NCBI RefSeq assembly: GCF_963921235.1
Contig: NC_086109.1
Location: 5,644,001-5,708,000 of the forward strand
Direction of reading: 5' to 3'
DNA: 64,000 nt
From: Mobula hypostoma
Taxonomy: Eukaryota
Position numbers and translations under genes: made by a program. Below, piece after piece: positions 23,886 to 38,674 of the stretch. A model generated the notes under the pieces. The model was not told where the DNA came from. It searched no databases and saw only the letters and a list, made by a program, of their open reading frames with translations. The stretch's first letter is position 1; each line of letters starts with the position of its first letter.

Positions 23886-24751
23886 ACACAATAATAATAA
23901 AAAATATAATAATAATGATATAAGCTAATAATAAAGTACAGAGTAATAATTTACCAATGTGCAATAATAGTGTATGAAGTAATAAAACAGAGACTATTGT
24001 ACTATGATGTATGTCTTCCTGCCGCGCTGTGCGTGCTCCTTGTTGTTGGAGTCCTGCTGAGTACAATTGAACTGTGGGATTTCCTACAGAACAAAACGAG
24101 GACATTTCAAAAGCGTTTCTTTGGCTGGTGAAGTGCTTGGAAGTGCTCCGGTTTTGGAAAAAAGACAATTGTTCCATTGCGTCACTATCTGGCCACTGCA
24201 CAGGATCGGAGAAAGCTGCAAACCCAGCCAATTCCAGCATGGGCACGAGCCTCCTGACCATCAAGGACATCTTCGAAAGTTGATGCCTCAAGAAGGCGGC
24301 ATCCATCATTCGGGACCCCCGTCACCCAGGACATGCCCTCTTCTCATTGCTACCATCAGGGAGGAGGTAGAGTCGCTTGAAAACATACACGCAATGATCT
24401 AGGAACAGCTTTTCTCCTCTGCCATCAGATTTCAGAATGATCCCAGAAGCCATGAACACTACCTCACTATTTTTTTCTTTTTTTGTTCTCTTTTGCACTA
24501 TTTATTTAATTTATATATATTTTTTCTTAGTTATTTATTGATTTATTATGTATTGCAATACACTGCTGTTGCAAAACATCATATTTCATGACATATGTCA
24601 GTGATATCAAATCTGATTTCTGTTTGGATTTGGATTTTGATTCCGGTTCTCGTTCTTTACCTTTGGCTAAGTATAAGAACTTCACTTTCTTCACTAACAC
24701 CTCTTCCTGCTGAGCACTGACGAGAAGTTTGACATTCCTGTTCCAACGCGT

Positions 24752-25255
24752 CACATTTTAATTCTGATTCCCATTTCCGTTCCAACATGTTGATCCACGG
24801 CGTTCTCTTGTGCCAAGATGAGGCCACCCTCAGGGTGGAGGAGCAAAACTTCATACTCTGTCTGGGTACCCTCAAACCTGGTGGCATGAGCATTGATATT
24901 TCCTTCCGGTGAACCAATTCCCCACTCTCCCCCTTCCTCTATTCCCCGCTCTGACCTTTCACTTCACACCGACCTATCACTTCCTCTTGGTCCCCTCCTC
25001 CTTCCCTTTCTCCCATGGTCCACTCTCCTCTCCTGTCAGATTCCTTCCTCTCCAGCCCTTGGCCTTTCCCACCCACCTGGTTTCACCTATCACTTTCCAG
25101 CCATCCTCCTTCCCCTACCCCCTACCTTTTTATTCTGGCATCTTCCCCCTTCCTTTCTAGTCCCAAAGAAGGGTCTCGGCCTGAAACGTCGACTGTTTAT
25201 TCATTTCCGTAGATGCTGCCTGGCCTGCTGAGCTCCTCCGGCATTCTGTGTGTGT
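24752..25255 (+). mobile_element. Penelope-like element 3' fragment (second family), hammerhead core mutated
   Basis: Encodes HFNSDSHFRSNMLIHGVLLCQDEATLRVEEQNFILCLGTLKPGGMSIDISFR*. The pLTR has CCAAAGA in place of CTGATGA. Confidence 0.8.
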
Positions 25256-26264
25256 TAGTCTGATAGCATAATCACTTTTGCTTTCATGAATCAGTTAAAT
25301 TTCATGAATGCTCATAGTTTTTTTCTCCCAAGAGTAGGGGAGTCCAAAACTAGAGGGCACAGGGTTAAGGTGAATGTGGGAAAATTTAAAGGGGACCTGA
25401 GAGGCAACTTCTTCATGCAGAGGGAGGTGGTATGTGGAACAAGGTGCAGAGACCGTGGTTGAGGCCGGTTCAATTACAACATTTAAATCACATTTGGACA
25501 GGTTATGGAGTCAGATGGCACTGAAACAGGCCCTCAGCCCAACTGGCCCACGTTGACTGAGTTGCCTCATACTAGCTAGTCCCATTGGCCAGTATTATTC
25601 TCCTAATGGGAGGCAGAAGGTGCTCCTTGCCTCTGCTAGCCTGTAGGTCACCCTGGGGCAAGGTATAGCACCCGCTTAGCCCCCCCCGATCAGGGTCACG
25701 TGAAGCCATGGGAGCAGGTGGTGGATGGTCGAATGAGCAGCTGGTGCATATCACAAGTCCTGGTTATGCGACCACTGACACCAGGCAGACAATCTCTGAA
25801 GAGTATTGATAATGGCTGGTCTCACACGTCTTGTGAAGACACTGCCCAAAAGGTGGCAATGGCAAACCAGTTCTGTAGAACAAATTTCCAAGAACAATCA
25901 TTCCTTAAGACACGGCGTATAAGGAACAAATGAGTGTTCCTATATGGAAGGAGCTGCCAGAGAAAATGGCTGAGGCAGGTACATTAACAATATTCATAAG
26001 GCACTTGGGCGGGTGTATAGATGGGGAGGGTTTAGAAGGCTATGGGCCACACACAGGCAAGTAGGACTAGGTTAGAAGTGAAATTTTGGTAGGCATGGAC
26101 CAATTGTGCTGAAGGGAATGTTTCCTTGCGGTAGGACTCAGACCAGGCAACGGTAATATCAAATCAGAATCTAAGTAGCCTGATGTGGTGAAATTAGTTG
26201 CTTTGTAGGAGCGCGACAGTGCAAATGAGGGAAAATGTGGTAGTGTTCAGGGGTTCGTGGACAT

Positions 26265-26850
26265 AGAGTCGTAGAGTCATAGAAAAGTACAGCACAGAAT
26301 CAGGCCAATTGGCCCATCTAATCCATGCCAAACCATTTAAACTGATAACTCCCACTGACTTGTACCCAAACCATAGCCCTCCATACCTCTACTATGCATG
26401 TACCTATCCAAAATTCTCTTAAACATTGAAATCGTGCTCGTATGCACTACTTGTGCTGGCAGCTCGTTCCACACTCTCACGACCCTCTGTGTGAAGAAGT
26501 TTCCCCTCATGCTCCTCTTAAACTTTTCACTTTTCACTTTTAACCCATAGTTGACCTCTAGTTGTAGTCCAACACAACCTTAGTGAAAAAAGCCTGCTTG
26601 CTTTCACCCTATCTCTACCCCTCATAATTTTGTATACCGCTATCAAATCTTCCCTCAATCTTCTATGTTCCAAGGAATAAAGTCCTAACCTATTCAACCT
26701 TTCCTTATAACTCAGATCCTCCAGCAACATCCTTGTAAATTTTCTCTGTACTCTTTCAACCTTATTGACATCTTTCCTGTGTCGGTGACCAAAACTGCAC
26801 ACAATATCTCAAAATTAGGCCTCACTAGCATCTTGTAAAACTTCAACATG
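26265..26850 (-). mobile_element. CR1 LINE 3' fragment
   Basis: ORFs 26527-26802 and 26337-26537 match CR1 RT C-terminus. Confidence 0.85.
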
Positions 26851-27419
26851 ACCTTTCAGAAATCAGATGGCAGAGGGGAAGAAATCATTCCTAAAGCACT
26901 GAGAGTATGTCTTCAGTCTCCTGTACCTCATCCCTGATGATAGTAACGAGAAGAGGGTGTAGAGTTGCACATTTGCCTGAATTGGTCAACTTGGTTTACC
27001 GACACTAACTTCTGATTCCAATTTATGGCCGACTCCCACTCCTTGGGCATAATTCTGAGTCCATGCAGATAATGGGTGGGAGATATACCATCAGCAGGAT
27101 AAAGGGTGAAATAGAAATCTGTTTAAAATTACCATAACAAATGCATTGCAGAGATGCAGGTGCGTTAATGATGTCAGATGTGACAGAAATGAACACACTT
27201 TTTTTGGAAAACATGAACGTCAGTGTTTCAGCCGAGCTATGTAAATGTGGGTGGAGCCTCCTTTACCGAAAATAATCTTCCCACCCTGCTGGGCACGTTG
27301 GATTTCACAACCTTGATCTGGTCCCTCCTACCTCTCTTGCTATCATCCACTCCTGAACCAGTGTGAATAACTTCACTCACCACATGTCTAGACTAATTCC
27401 ATGACTTACAGACTCACTT

Positions 27420-30400
27420 TCCTTTTCCTTCTTTATTGATCTTTTTATTGATTTAAAAGGAGCATAAATACAATCAAGAGGAGAATTATCTCAAATATAT
27501 ATATCAGTAATAATATAAACCGAGATTAAGATAAACATTGTCAAAATCATAGATATTGTTAAACTAGTATAAAATAGATAATAAAAAAATGAAAATAGCA
27601 ATTCTCCTCTTATCAGTTTATGAAGAGAAAAGAAAAAACATTGAGTTTTAAGTGAAGAGGGAAAAAACCCACTACACTATATAAAAAAAAACAAAATAAC
27701 AGAAAAAGGGACTGGGCAGTCCATTTTGGGGATACGACCAAAAAAAAAGAAAGAAAGGCTTTCTGATCAAATCTAAAACTTCGAAAAATAAGATTGAAAG
27801 AGTAATAAATCAAATTAAATGAAAATATTGAATAAAAGGTCGCCAGATTTGCTCAAATTTAAAGGATGTATCAAATGTCTGACTTCTTATTTTCTCTAAA
27901 CTTAAGCAGAACATAATGGAGGAGAGCCAATAAAAGACAGCATGTGGATTAGAATCCTTCCACTTCAATAAAGCCTCCTAGCCAGTAAGGTCGAAAAGGC
28001 TATCATATGTTGAATGGAAACAGGAATGTTTCCTGCTTCCGATGGGATAATCCCCAAAATTGCCGTAAGCAAATTAGGTTGTAGATCAAGATCCAAAACC
28101 TTTGATAGTATTTTAAAAACATCTCTCCAAAAGTTATCTAGCTTTATACAAGACCAATACCTATGAGTTAAAGTGGCCAGCTCAGTATTACATCTGTCAC
28201 AAATAGGATTGATATTGGAGAAAATACGTGCTAGTTTATCCTTTGACATATGGGCCCGATGCACTACCTTGAACTGTATCAAGGAATGATGGGCACAAAT
28301 CATTAACCAAATAAAAAATTTTACTCCATTGATGATCTGAAAATGACTCTTGAAATTCCGATTCCCAAGCTCGTTTAATTTTATCATTAGATATCATTCG
28401 TGAGTTCAATAACTGTTTACAGATTATAGCTATCAACCCTTTTTGAAATGGTTTAAACTGAAAGAGAGCATCTATCATATTAGGTGGATAAGCAGAAGGA
28501 TAATTTGGCAACAAACCACGTAAAAATTTCCTAATTTGTAAATATCTAAAAAAGTGTTCATTAGATAAATCATATTTATCCACATACTGAGAAAAAGATA
28601 TTAAACAGTTCCCTAAAAACAAATCTGAAAAACTTATTATTCCCTTGGTTTTCCAAATTAAAAAGGCCTTATTCAAAATTGATGGTTTAAAAAAATAATT
28701 GGGATAGATATTACTAAAAAGAATAAAATTATTTAACTCAAAGAATCTACAAAACTGAAACCAAATTTTTAATGTATGTTTAATAATGGAATTAAAATCT
28801 TGTCTACTAATCTTAGAAAACAAAAAGGGAAAAGGAGATCTCAGTAAAGAGGCCAAAGAGAATCCTTTCACCGAGTTTATCTCCAAGTCCAACCATGTAT
28901 ATCTGAATAGTGAATCCAAAAAGTAATATATCGAATATTAATTGCCCAATAGTACATTCTAAAGTTAGGCAAAGCCATACCACCATCCTTTTTTAATTTC
29001 TGCAATAAGGGTTTACTCAATCTAGGATTTTTATTGTTCCAAATATAAGATAAGATTATAGAATCTATTCTGTCAAAGAACTTTTTAGGAACAAAGGAAG
29101 GAACTGCCTGAAATATATATAAAAATTTTGGTAAAACTATCATTTTAATAGCATTAATTCGACCTGTTAATGATAATGTCATAGACGACCATTTAGAAAG
29201 TATTTGTTTGGTGTAGCCAATTAATGGAAAAAGACTATATGTATAGAGATTCTTAAAATTTTTAGTAATTTTAATAAAGTAATTTTTAGCAATAGTAAAA
29301 GGTATTTGATGATTTGGATCTGAGTAATTATTAATAGGAAATAACTCACTTTTATATAAATTTAATTTATACCCAGAAAAACTACTGAATTCAGAAAATA
29401 TAGATAACATAGAAGGAATAGATCTCCTAGGATCTGAAATATAAACTAATAGGTCACCTGCATTTACCGAAACCTTGTGTATTTTGTCCCCTCTCTTGAT
29501 ACCTTGACCAGTGTTAGAATCTCTAAGAGCAATTCCAAGGGGTTCTAAGGCCAAGTTAAATAATAAAGGGCTAAGGGGACATCCCTGTCGAGTACCCCTC
29601 TGTAATCTAAAATAGGGAGATTTTTGATTATTAGTTATAACAGCAGCCATAGGAGCATGATTTAATCCAGGAAATAAATCCCGGGCCAAGATTAAATCTT
29701 TCCAAAACCTCAAATAAGTAAGATCACTCCAACCTATCAAAGGCTTTCTCTGAATCAAGAGAAACAACACATTCAGATTCTTTAGATGGAGAAGAGTGAA
29801 TAATATTTAATAATCTTTGAATGTTAAAATGTGAATATCTATTTTTAATAAATCCAGTTTGGTCATTGGAAATAACAGTAGGTAGAATATTCTCAAGTCT
29901 ATTAGCCAAGAACTTAGAGAGAATTTTAAAATCCACATTCAATAGAGAGATTGGTCTATAGGAGGCGCATTCAGATAAATCTTCACCTTTTTTAGGAACT
30001 AAAGAGATTGAAGCTTCATAGAAAGTTTTCGGGAAAGTCCCAGAGGATATAGAATCAGTGAAAATTTGACATAAGTAAGGTATAAGTATATCAGTAAAAG
30101 TTTTATAAAATTCCACTGTATATCCATCCGGTCCCAGAGCCTTAGCTGATTGGAGAGAGGATATAGCCCTTGCTATTTCCTCTTGTTTAATAGTTGCAGC
30201 TAATGTATTCATATCTTGAATAGAGATTTTAGGTATATTCAATTTTTGCAAAAAACTATTCATAAATGTAATATTATTTGAAAATTCAGACTCATAAAGG
30301 TTAGAGTAGAAATCCATAAATATCTTGTTAATTTGATAAAGATCTACCGTTGCAGTTCTATCAGGTCTTCGTATTTTCAGGATCTGCCTTCTAGCCATAT

Positions 30401-30735
30401 TTGCTCTTAACTGACCAGCTAATAATTTGCCTGACCTGTCTCCATGTATATAAAATTGGCTTTTGGATTTAAGAAGTTGCTGTTCAATGCAAAAAGTCAA
30501 AAGCAAATCACGTTGTGCTTGGAGTTCCACCCTTTCCTTAAAGAGATCTTCACTAGGCGTTACTGAATAAACTTTATCTATTTCTTTAATCCTATTAGTG
30601 ATCAGTAAAAATTCTGCCTTAGTTTTCCTTCTTGAACCTACTGAATATGAAATTGTCTGTCCTCTAAGAAAAGATTTCATCGCATCACAAAGAACCAAAT
30701 TTGACATTCCCTCAGACTCATTTTCCAAGACACTT
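27420..30735 (-). mobile_element. L1-clade LINE ORF2, 5'-truncated and frameshifted
   Basis: Consecutive ORFs contain GPDGYT, YRPISLLNVDFKIL, GTRQGCPLSPLLF, GGMALPNF and a C-terminal CDRC...H.YWSC knuckle. AT-rich 3' UTR. Confidence 0.92.
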
Positions 30736-33700
30736 TACAACTCACCCTCCAAGAGGACCACAAGCTTGTCGTGGGGTTTGGAGGCTTGCGTGCCCCAATG
30801 CTCCAGAGAGCTGTGCTGGCTGGAGTCAGGCCTTTATACTTTGGCTTTTGGTAGGGTCACCCATGCCAAACAGGTCAAAGGGTATAGACCCGACCAAGAG
30901 TGGTTCACTGGTCCTCCAGGTTCAGGGGTTCAGCTCAGGGCTAACAACCCCGACTGGTCAAACTACACTTACAAAAACTTACAGAAACAGCAATGAAGAC
31001 TCCCCCTACATTGTGTGTGAGGCATTCCCGCATCCCCACCTGAGACTTGCATGATTGACTGTGGTGAAAGCCGAGAGGAAGCTACTGACGCGAGGAAGGA
31101 AGCCCTGAACACCACCAAGACCAAGACCAAAATTGGCCAAGAACAGACAGAGATAGCGGGTCTTCATTACTACCCTAAATGCAGTAACATAACAGGCAGT
31201 CAGGAGTGAGCTATGCCTCATGTTTTCAGTCTTATTTTTGTTTCCAGTTTGTCTTGTTTGCACATTGTTTCCTTTCCAGTCCTGATGATGGGTCTCGGCC
31301 CAAAACATCGACTTTTTACTCTTTTCCATCAGTGCTCCTGACCTGCTGCGTTCCTCCAGCATTTTGTGTGTGTTGGTTTGGATTTCCAGCATCTGCAGAT
31401 CTTCTCGTGTTTTTGTTTTTGTTTTCAGTTTGTGTATACTTTATAACAAACATCTATTGTCTCAGCCCGAAAGATTGGCTTTTTATTCTTCTCCATAGAT
31501 GCTGCCTGGCCTGCTGAGTTCCTCCAGCATTTTGTGTGTGTTACTCCGGATTTCTGACATCTGCAGAATCTTGTGCATTTACGATTGTATTTCCTTTTTT
31601 TTCATGTAAGTGTCTGAAAGAAAATGAATCTGAAGGTAGTAACGTCTACGGGCTTTGATAATAAATTTACTTTGAACTTTGAACTTTGAGCTGCACAACG
31701 TGCAGGACACGAAAAAGGCCACCCTTTCTTCCGCCTCTTCTTGACAAGTGGAATGACATTTACAATTTTGCAGCCTTTGAACTTGCGTAGACATATAACC
31801 ACTAGGAAGCTTGCATAGACATCTGACACATGCATACAAGAACTACTTCAAAGTTCAAAACAAGTTTTATTCTCAAAGTACATACTGTATATGTCATTAA
31901 ATACAACCCTGAGATTCATTGTCTCAATAAATCCATAGGATAATAACCAAAACAGAATCAATGAAATACTGCACCAACTTGGGCATTCAACCAAAGTACA
32001 GAAGACAACAAGCTTTTGAAATACAAAAAGAAATAAATATTTATAATAAATAAATAAGCAATAAAGATCAAGAACGTGAGATGAAGAGTCCTTGAAAGTG
32101 AGTCTGTAGGTTGTATTGGTTGTATGCTTGCATTTTACAAGCAGATTAATTATCTGCTTGATAATTAATTGTTAAATTCAAAGAAAGTAACAATTAAGCA
32201 GTCTCATCTAAGAATTAAACGGTTGGATCCAGCATTAACTAAAGATTCAGATTAGTTAATTGTCATACAAACTCAGCAGGTCAGACAGCGTCTGTGGAAG
32301 TGAATAAACAGCTAAAGACATTTCAGGCCGAGACCATTCATCAGGACTGATCCAGCATTTTGTATGTGTTACTCTAGATTTCCAGCATCTATAGAATCTC
32401 TTGTGTTAATAAGATTCAAAGATCCAAAGTACGTTTATGTATGCAGCATACAACCCTGTATGTATGTATGCAGCATACAGCCCTGAGATTGTCTTCCCCA
32501 TAGGCAGCCACAAAACAAAGAAGCACCATGGAAACCATTGAAAGAAAACATCAAACACCCAAAGCATGAAAAAAAAAGCACAAATTGTGCAAGTGGCAAA
32601 AAACCAGTGAAAAGCACAGAATATAAAACATCAAACCACAGAGTCCAGGAATGTTCAGTGTAGTTCAGTTCAGTTCAATTTAGCGCCGTGTTGTTCATAA
32701 AATGTGGGAGTAGAATTAGGGCATTCGGCTCCACCATTCCATCATCTCTCTCAATCCCATTCTCCTGCCTTCTCCCCGTAAACTTTCACATCCTGACTGG
32801 TCAAGAGTCTATCAACCTCCTCTTTAAGTATACATAATGACTTGGCCTCCACAGCCGTCTGAGGCAATGAACTGTACAGATTAACCAGCCTCTGGCTAAA
32901 GAAATTCCTCCTCATCTCGGTTCCAAACGGACATCTCTCTATTCTGAAGCTGTGGTTCTAAACTCACCCACTATAGGAAACATCCTCTAATCTTGGTGTC
33001 ATCTGCAAATTTGCTGATGTAGTTTATCACATTATCATCTAAATCAATGTACCTGAAGCAACACATGGTGAAGATGGTCGGGATGGATGGAAGCAGAGCC
33101 TGGGATAGACTGGGTAGTGTTTACCAGTCCCTGTCAGCCCGGAGCAGAGCAGTAGCTGTACCAGGCTGAGATACAGCCTGGCAAGATGCTGTCTACATTG
33201 GCATGATAATGCAGTGGGTAGTATAATCAATTCCACCGCCGTATGTAAGGGGTTTGTACATTCTTCTTGTGACTGTGTGGGTTTCCTCCGGGTGCTCTGG
33301 TTTCCTCTCACATTCCAAAGGCGTATGGTTTAGGATTAGTAAACTGATGACATACTATGTTAGCACCGGAAGCATGATGACATTTGTGAGCTGCCCCCAG
33401 CACATCCTCGGACTGTGTTGGTTGTTGACACAAATGCAGCTTTTACGTTACGTAAGTTCAGCAATGTTGTCAGAATAGGTTACCCAGGCTGGAGCTGGAA
33501 ATAAGCCTCCAGCAACAGAGAGCAGAAACACTCTTGTCACTTTTGCACCGACGATGTAATATAAGATCTTCCTTCCAAATAAAAAAAACACAGATACTGT
33601 AAATAGAACATACACACACACAGACACACAGACACACACAGACAGACACAGACAGACACACACATTCATACAGAGACACATGCACTCACACGTACAAACA

Positions 33701-33736
33701 TACACACAGGCACAGGCACACACGCAGAGACACAAA

Positions 33737-33775
<39 letters not shown>

Positions 33776-34167
33776 GCACCACACAAGCATACAACCAATA
33801 CAACCTATGGTCTCACTTTCAAGGACTCTTCAGCTCATAGTCTCGATATTTGTTGATTATTTATTTATTTATTATTATTTATTTATTTTTGTATTTGCAG
33901 AATTTGTTGTCTTCGGCACTCTGATTGACTAACCAAGTTGTGTGGTCTTTCATTGATTCTGTTGTAGTTATTATTCTATAAATTTATTGAGTAAGCCCAC
34001 AAGAAAATGAATCTTAGGGTTGTATACAGTGACGTACATGCATTTTGATAATAACATTTGCTTTGAACTTTGAAGTCATTCTTATATACATGTAACAGAT
34101 GTCTCTGCAACACTCACAACATGCTGGAGGAACTCAACAGGTCGGGCAGCATCCGTGGAGAAGATCG

Positions 34168-34201
34168 GTCGACGTTTCGGGCCAGAACCCTTCGTCAGGA
34201 C
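34168..34201 (-). ncRNA. Minimal hammerhead ribozyme motif in a solo pLTR fragment (about 34108-34201)
   Basis: gtc-CTGACGA-a-gggttctggccc-GAAACGTC-gac. Confidence 0.65.
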
Positions 34202-36921
34202 ACTCTCTGCAAGCTTCCCAGTGGTCATAGGGTGTCTATGCAAGTTCAATGTGCCCCAAGGCTATGTTGGTACGATTCTGGAGGCTTCTCTTGGTACTGC
34301 ACTATTTGAATAGGTGCTATCTCATTGGTTAACTCTTATCTACAAATTTGAATGGAATTCTCCTTATCTATGGCTATAGAAGAACTGCACTCCAAGGTCA
34401 GTACCATCTTTATCTTAGCTTCTGCTCCTGTCACTGTCCGATTCAATTTCCTTTGTTCTATCAACACTTAATAAAATGATCGTGAAGCAATAAGTTTTGT
34501 GCCTCTTTCAGATTGGAGTAACACTAAGCAAGGATCTTCACCCCACAAATAACACGGAGGTAGTTACCCTGTGGGGTGTTTGGGTGTCCAGGGAGGGTTA
34601 GCATCTCTGGTAAAGGGGCTTGTCATGTCCGTTCTGGGGCAGTTCCCTCACCTTTGGTCCCCACTGGACACTCAGCTCTCGGCCGTGGCTCCAGGTAGCT
34701 GTTTGCATGGGACAGCAGCTGCAGCCCCAGTTCACCCCGGACAGAAGGGCTCAACCAGGCAAGGGAAGCCAGCAGCCTCATACCCCAGTGAGACAGGGAC
34801 ATGCCAGTCCTAGCATGTACGTCAACTCCAGCGGACCGAGCGGATGAGACCTACAGTGAGATCCAGCGGCCTGGGAGGGTGGTTCTGCAAAGCTCCGTGG
34901 AGAGCGAAGGGCATGAAAGGTGCAGAAGACGTCATGGTCATCCACAGCAACTGATGCTGGTTCGCATCACTGGACTTGGACTGCTGAGGCTGGGAGAGTG
35001 GAGATGCCCCACTGCAGCACCTTTTCCACTGTAAAAACTCTCCTGCACAGGTTTCCTGTCATTGTCAGACACGACAGAAACCACCAGTCCTGTGCTGTCA
35101 GTCAGATTAGCTGAGGGACATGAGAAGGATGGAAGGTCCACTCACATTGAAGGACATAAGGTACAGATTTAGGCCAATCGGCCCCTTGTTTCTGCTCCAC
35201 CATTTAGTACAATCCCAGCTCATCATTTACCTCAGGGCCTTTTTCCTGAACTTCGGGACATTTTAGAGACTCTCAGATAGGATGAAAGAAAATTAGACGG
35301 CAGTGTGTGAGGGAAGGGTTCGATCGATCTTAGAATATGTTAAAGGGTTGACAAAGCATCTTGGGCTGAAGGGTCTGTACTGTGCTCTGCTGTTCTGGTA
35401 ACCCAACCAGGACTAACTTTACCCTGCTGCTACCCTGTTATGGTCATATAACACTGGTAGGCTTCAGTGGAGACACCATCAGAACATAGAGTGTTTGAAA
35501 CCTACAGCAGGGAAACAGGCCGTTCAGCCCATCTTGTCCATGCTATCCTCTGGAGAGTCAGTCCAGAACCTAACAGAATGGTGGGGGATAGGGACAGAAA
35601 CTGAGCCGAACTTCTTCTGTTTCTGTGCACCATGGAAAGGAAGAGATGGTTTTATTTGTGTGGGATGAACACAAAGCATCGAACAGTACATCACAGTACA
35701 GGTTGTGCTGAATGTTTAACCCAAACCAACCTTCCCACATAGCCCTCCACTTCTCTATCATCCATTTGCATCTCTAAGAGTCTCCTAAATGCTCCTAATG
35801 TATCTACCGGTACCATCACTGCATGCAGTATGTTCCATGTACCCACCACTCTCTGTGTAAAAAATTTACCTCTTTTATCGCCCTTATATGGGTGGTTTGG
35901 CCTCTACCAAAGGAGGTATAAGACACTCTTTCCCTCCGCTAGCCTGCAGGTCACCCTTGGGCGAGGTGTAGCACCTGCTTAGCCCCTGATCAGGGTCACG
36001 TGAAGCCACGGGAGCAGGTGGTGGATGGTCGTATAAGCAGCCGGTGTAGATCACAAAAACCACTGACGCCAGGCAGACAATCTCTGAAGAGTATTTGTAA
36101 TGGCTGGGGTGAAGACACTGCCCAGGAGAAAGCAATGGCAAACCACTGCAGTAGAAAATTTTGCCAAGAACAATCGCCCACATTATACAACATGGCACAT
36201 AATGAACAAATGAACATCCCTCCTACGCTTTCCTTCAAAGGATGACCTCTCATATTATCCATTTTTGCCTTGAGTAAAATGCTCTGGCTCTTCACTTTAT
36301 CTATGCCTCTATCTCTCTTGTACACCTCTATCTCATCGCCTCTCACCCTCCTTCGCTCCAAAGAGAAAAGCCCCAGCTCGCCAAACATTTCCTCATAACA
36401 CATGCTCTCTAATCCAGGCAGCATCCCGGTAAATCTCCTCTGCACCCTCTCGAAAGCTCCCACGTCCTTCCCATAATGGGGTGACCAGAATGGAACAGGA
36501 GGATCAACGGAAGTTCTACTGACATCTCAGAAGGTAAGTGATGGAAGGAATGGATCCACCACCCGCCCTCACTATCTATCCACCAGCCACCTCTGTGGCA
36601 GAGTCCGTGGCTCCTACACTGGCCTCATCTCCCACCTCAGAGCCTCAAAACTTTAATCTGGTCTGGAAATGCTAATGGATACGGCCCAGTCCATCACGGG
36701 TAAACCCCCACCACCAGCACTGAGCACGTCTACACGGAGTGCTGTTGCAGGAAAGCAGTATACATCATCAGGGACTCCCACCACCCAGGCCATGCTCTAC
36801 GCTCACTGCTGCCATCAGGAAGAAAGTACAGGAGCCTGAGAATTCACACCACCTGGTTCAGGAACATTTATTACCACTCAGCCACCAGGTTCTTGAACCA
36901 AGGGTGATAGCTTCACTCAAA

Positions 36922-37598
36922 CACGAGGGAATCTGCAGATGCTGGAATTTCAAGCAACATACATAAAAGTTGCTGGTGAACGCAGCAGGCCAGGCAGCAT
37001 CTCTAGGAAGAGGTACAGTCGACGTTTCGGGCCGAGACCCTTCGTCACTGGGCCACACATTTTAATGCCACGTCCCATTCCCATTCTGATATGTCTATCC
37101 ACGGCCTCCTCTACTGTAAAGATGAAGCCACACTCAGGTTGGAGGAACAACACCTTATACTCCGTCTGGGTAGCCTCCAACCTGATGGCATGAACATTGA
37201 CTTCTCTAACTTCCGCTAATGCCCCACCTCCCCCTCGTACCCCATCCGTTATTTATTTATATAACACACATTCTTTCCCTCTCTCTCCTGTTTCTCCCTC
37301 TGTCCCTCTGACTATATCCCTTGCCCATCCTCTGGGTTCCCCCCCCCCTTTCCTTCTCCCTGGGCCTCCTGTCCCAGGATCCTCTCATATCCCTTTTGCC
37401 AATCACCTGTCCAGCTCTTGGCTCCATCCCTCCCCCTCCTGTCTTCTCCTATCATTTCAGATCTCCCCCTCCCCCTCCCACTTTCAAATCTCTTACTAAC
37501 TCTTCCTTCAGTTAGTCCTGACGAAGGGTCTCGGCCTGAAACGTCGACTGCACCGCTTCCTAGAGATGCTGCCTGGCCTGCTGCGTTCACCAGCAAAT
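36922..37598 (+). mobile_element. Penelope-like element: inverted pLTR, GIY-YIG C-terminus, then pLTR
   Basis: About 36965-37047 is the reverse complement of the right-hand pLTR. 37058-37219 encodes HFNATSHSHSDMSIHGLLYCKDEATLRLEEQHLILRLGSLQPDGMNIDFSNFR*. Confidence 0.88.
37514..37550 (+). ncRNA. Minimal type I hammerhead ribozyme motif
   Basis: agtc-CTGACGA-a-gggtctcggcct-GAAACGTC-gactg. GUC cleavage triplet; palindromic ACGT stem III. Confidence 0.75.
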
Positions 37599-38674
37599 TT
37601 TATAGTCATAGTCATAGTCATACTTTATTGATCCCGGGGGAAAATGGTTTTTGTTACAGTTGCACCATAAATAATAAATAGTAATAGAACCATAAATAGT
37701 TAAATAGTAATATGTAAATTATGCCAGTAAATATGTAAATTATGCCAGTACGTGTGTTGCTTCACGCAACTTCACTTTTCCTATCAATGAAATATTCCCA
37801 CAATCTGTGGACTCACTTTCAAGGACACCACCTCATGTTCTCAATATTTATTGCTTATTTATTGTATTATTATCTTTTTTCTTTTACATTTGCAGTTTAT
37901 TGCCTTTTGCACATTGGATATTTCTCTGCCCTGCTGGGAGCAATCTTTCATTGGTTCGATGGTTCTTGGATTTATAGAGAATGCCCACAAGAAAGTGAAT
38001 CTCTGGTTGTATATGGTGATGTATACTGTATGTACTTTGGTAATAAATTTACTCTGAACTTTAAATCCTGAGACAGCCTCAATGGAAGTCCTTTCTATCA
38101 GTACTAATTGTATTTCAGATCTCCAATATAAATGATAAAAATGCAATTCCCAGAAGACCACAGCGGAAGTGAAATAGTGACATTGTGACATAGTAAGTGT
38201 TTCCACATGAAGATTGATCAGATATCAGTCGGCATGCACAGTACTGCGGAGGGTGTGAATCGAAGTAGATCATGAGAAACTTGTCTCAGGGAAATGTTGT
38301 CTCCGTTTTACTCAGGAATGAAACTCCCACAGCTGAAATAATCAGACAGCATTTGATCATTGACTCGATATTGCTGGATTGGTTGAGTGATTTAATTTTT
38401 CTCTTCAGAACTTTCTCAAATGCCAGACGATTAACAAGAATTGTCCGTCATTTTCTATGGCATATCAAACAGGGGTTCTCCCCATAACTAACTATTTTAG
38501 TGCGCAGTGGAGTGAAAATGCACAGTTCTATTTAATTATTTGTCATTTTACCAGCCTCTCTGTCTGTGGTGTTAGGCCGCAGAGGAGCATTGAGTTCTCT
38601 GGTTGCAGGGAGGGCTTTCTTGAATTGCACGATTCCAACATCTGCATTAATCTCTTGTGTTAACGTATGATCAG

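Noticed and set aside
33050..33195. Exon-like open frame on the minus strand
   Set aside because: Another frame reads SILPGCISAWYSYCSA, a Rex1-type RT remnant.
38200..38660. Unique island with short ORFs and a good plus-strand acceptor at about 38408
   Set aside because: No recognisable protein, no convincing donor, and no partner exons.
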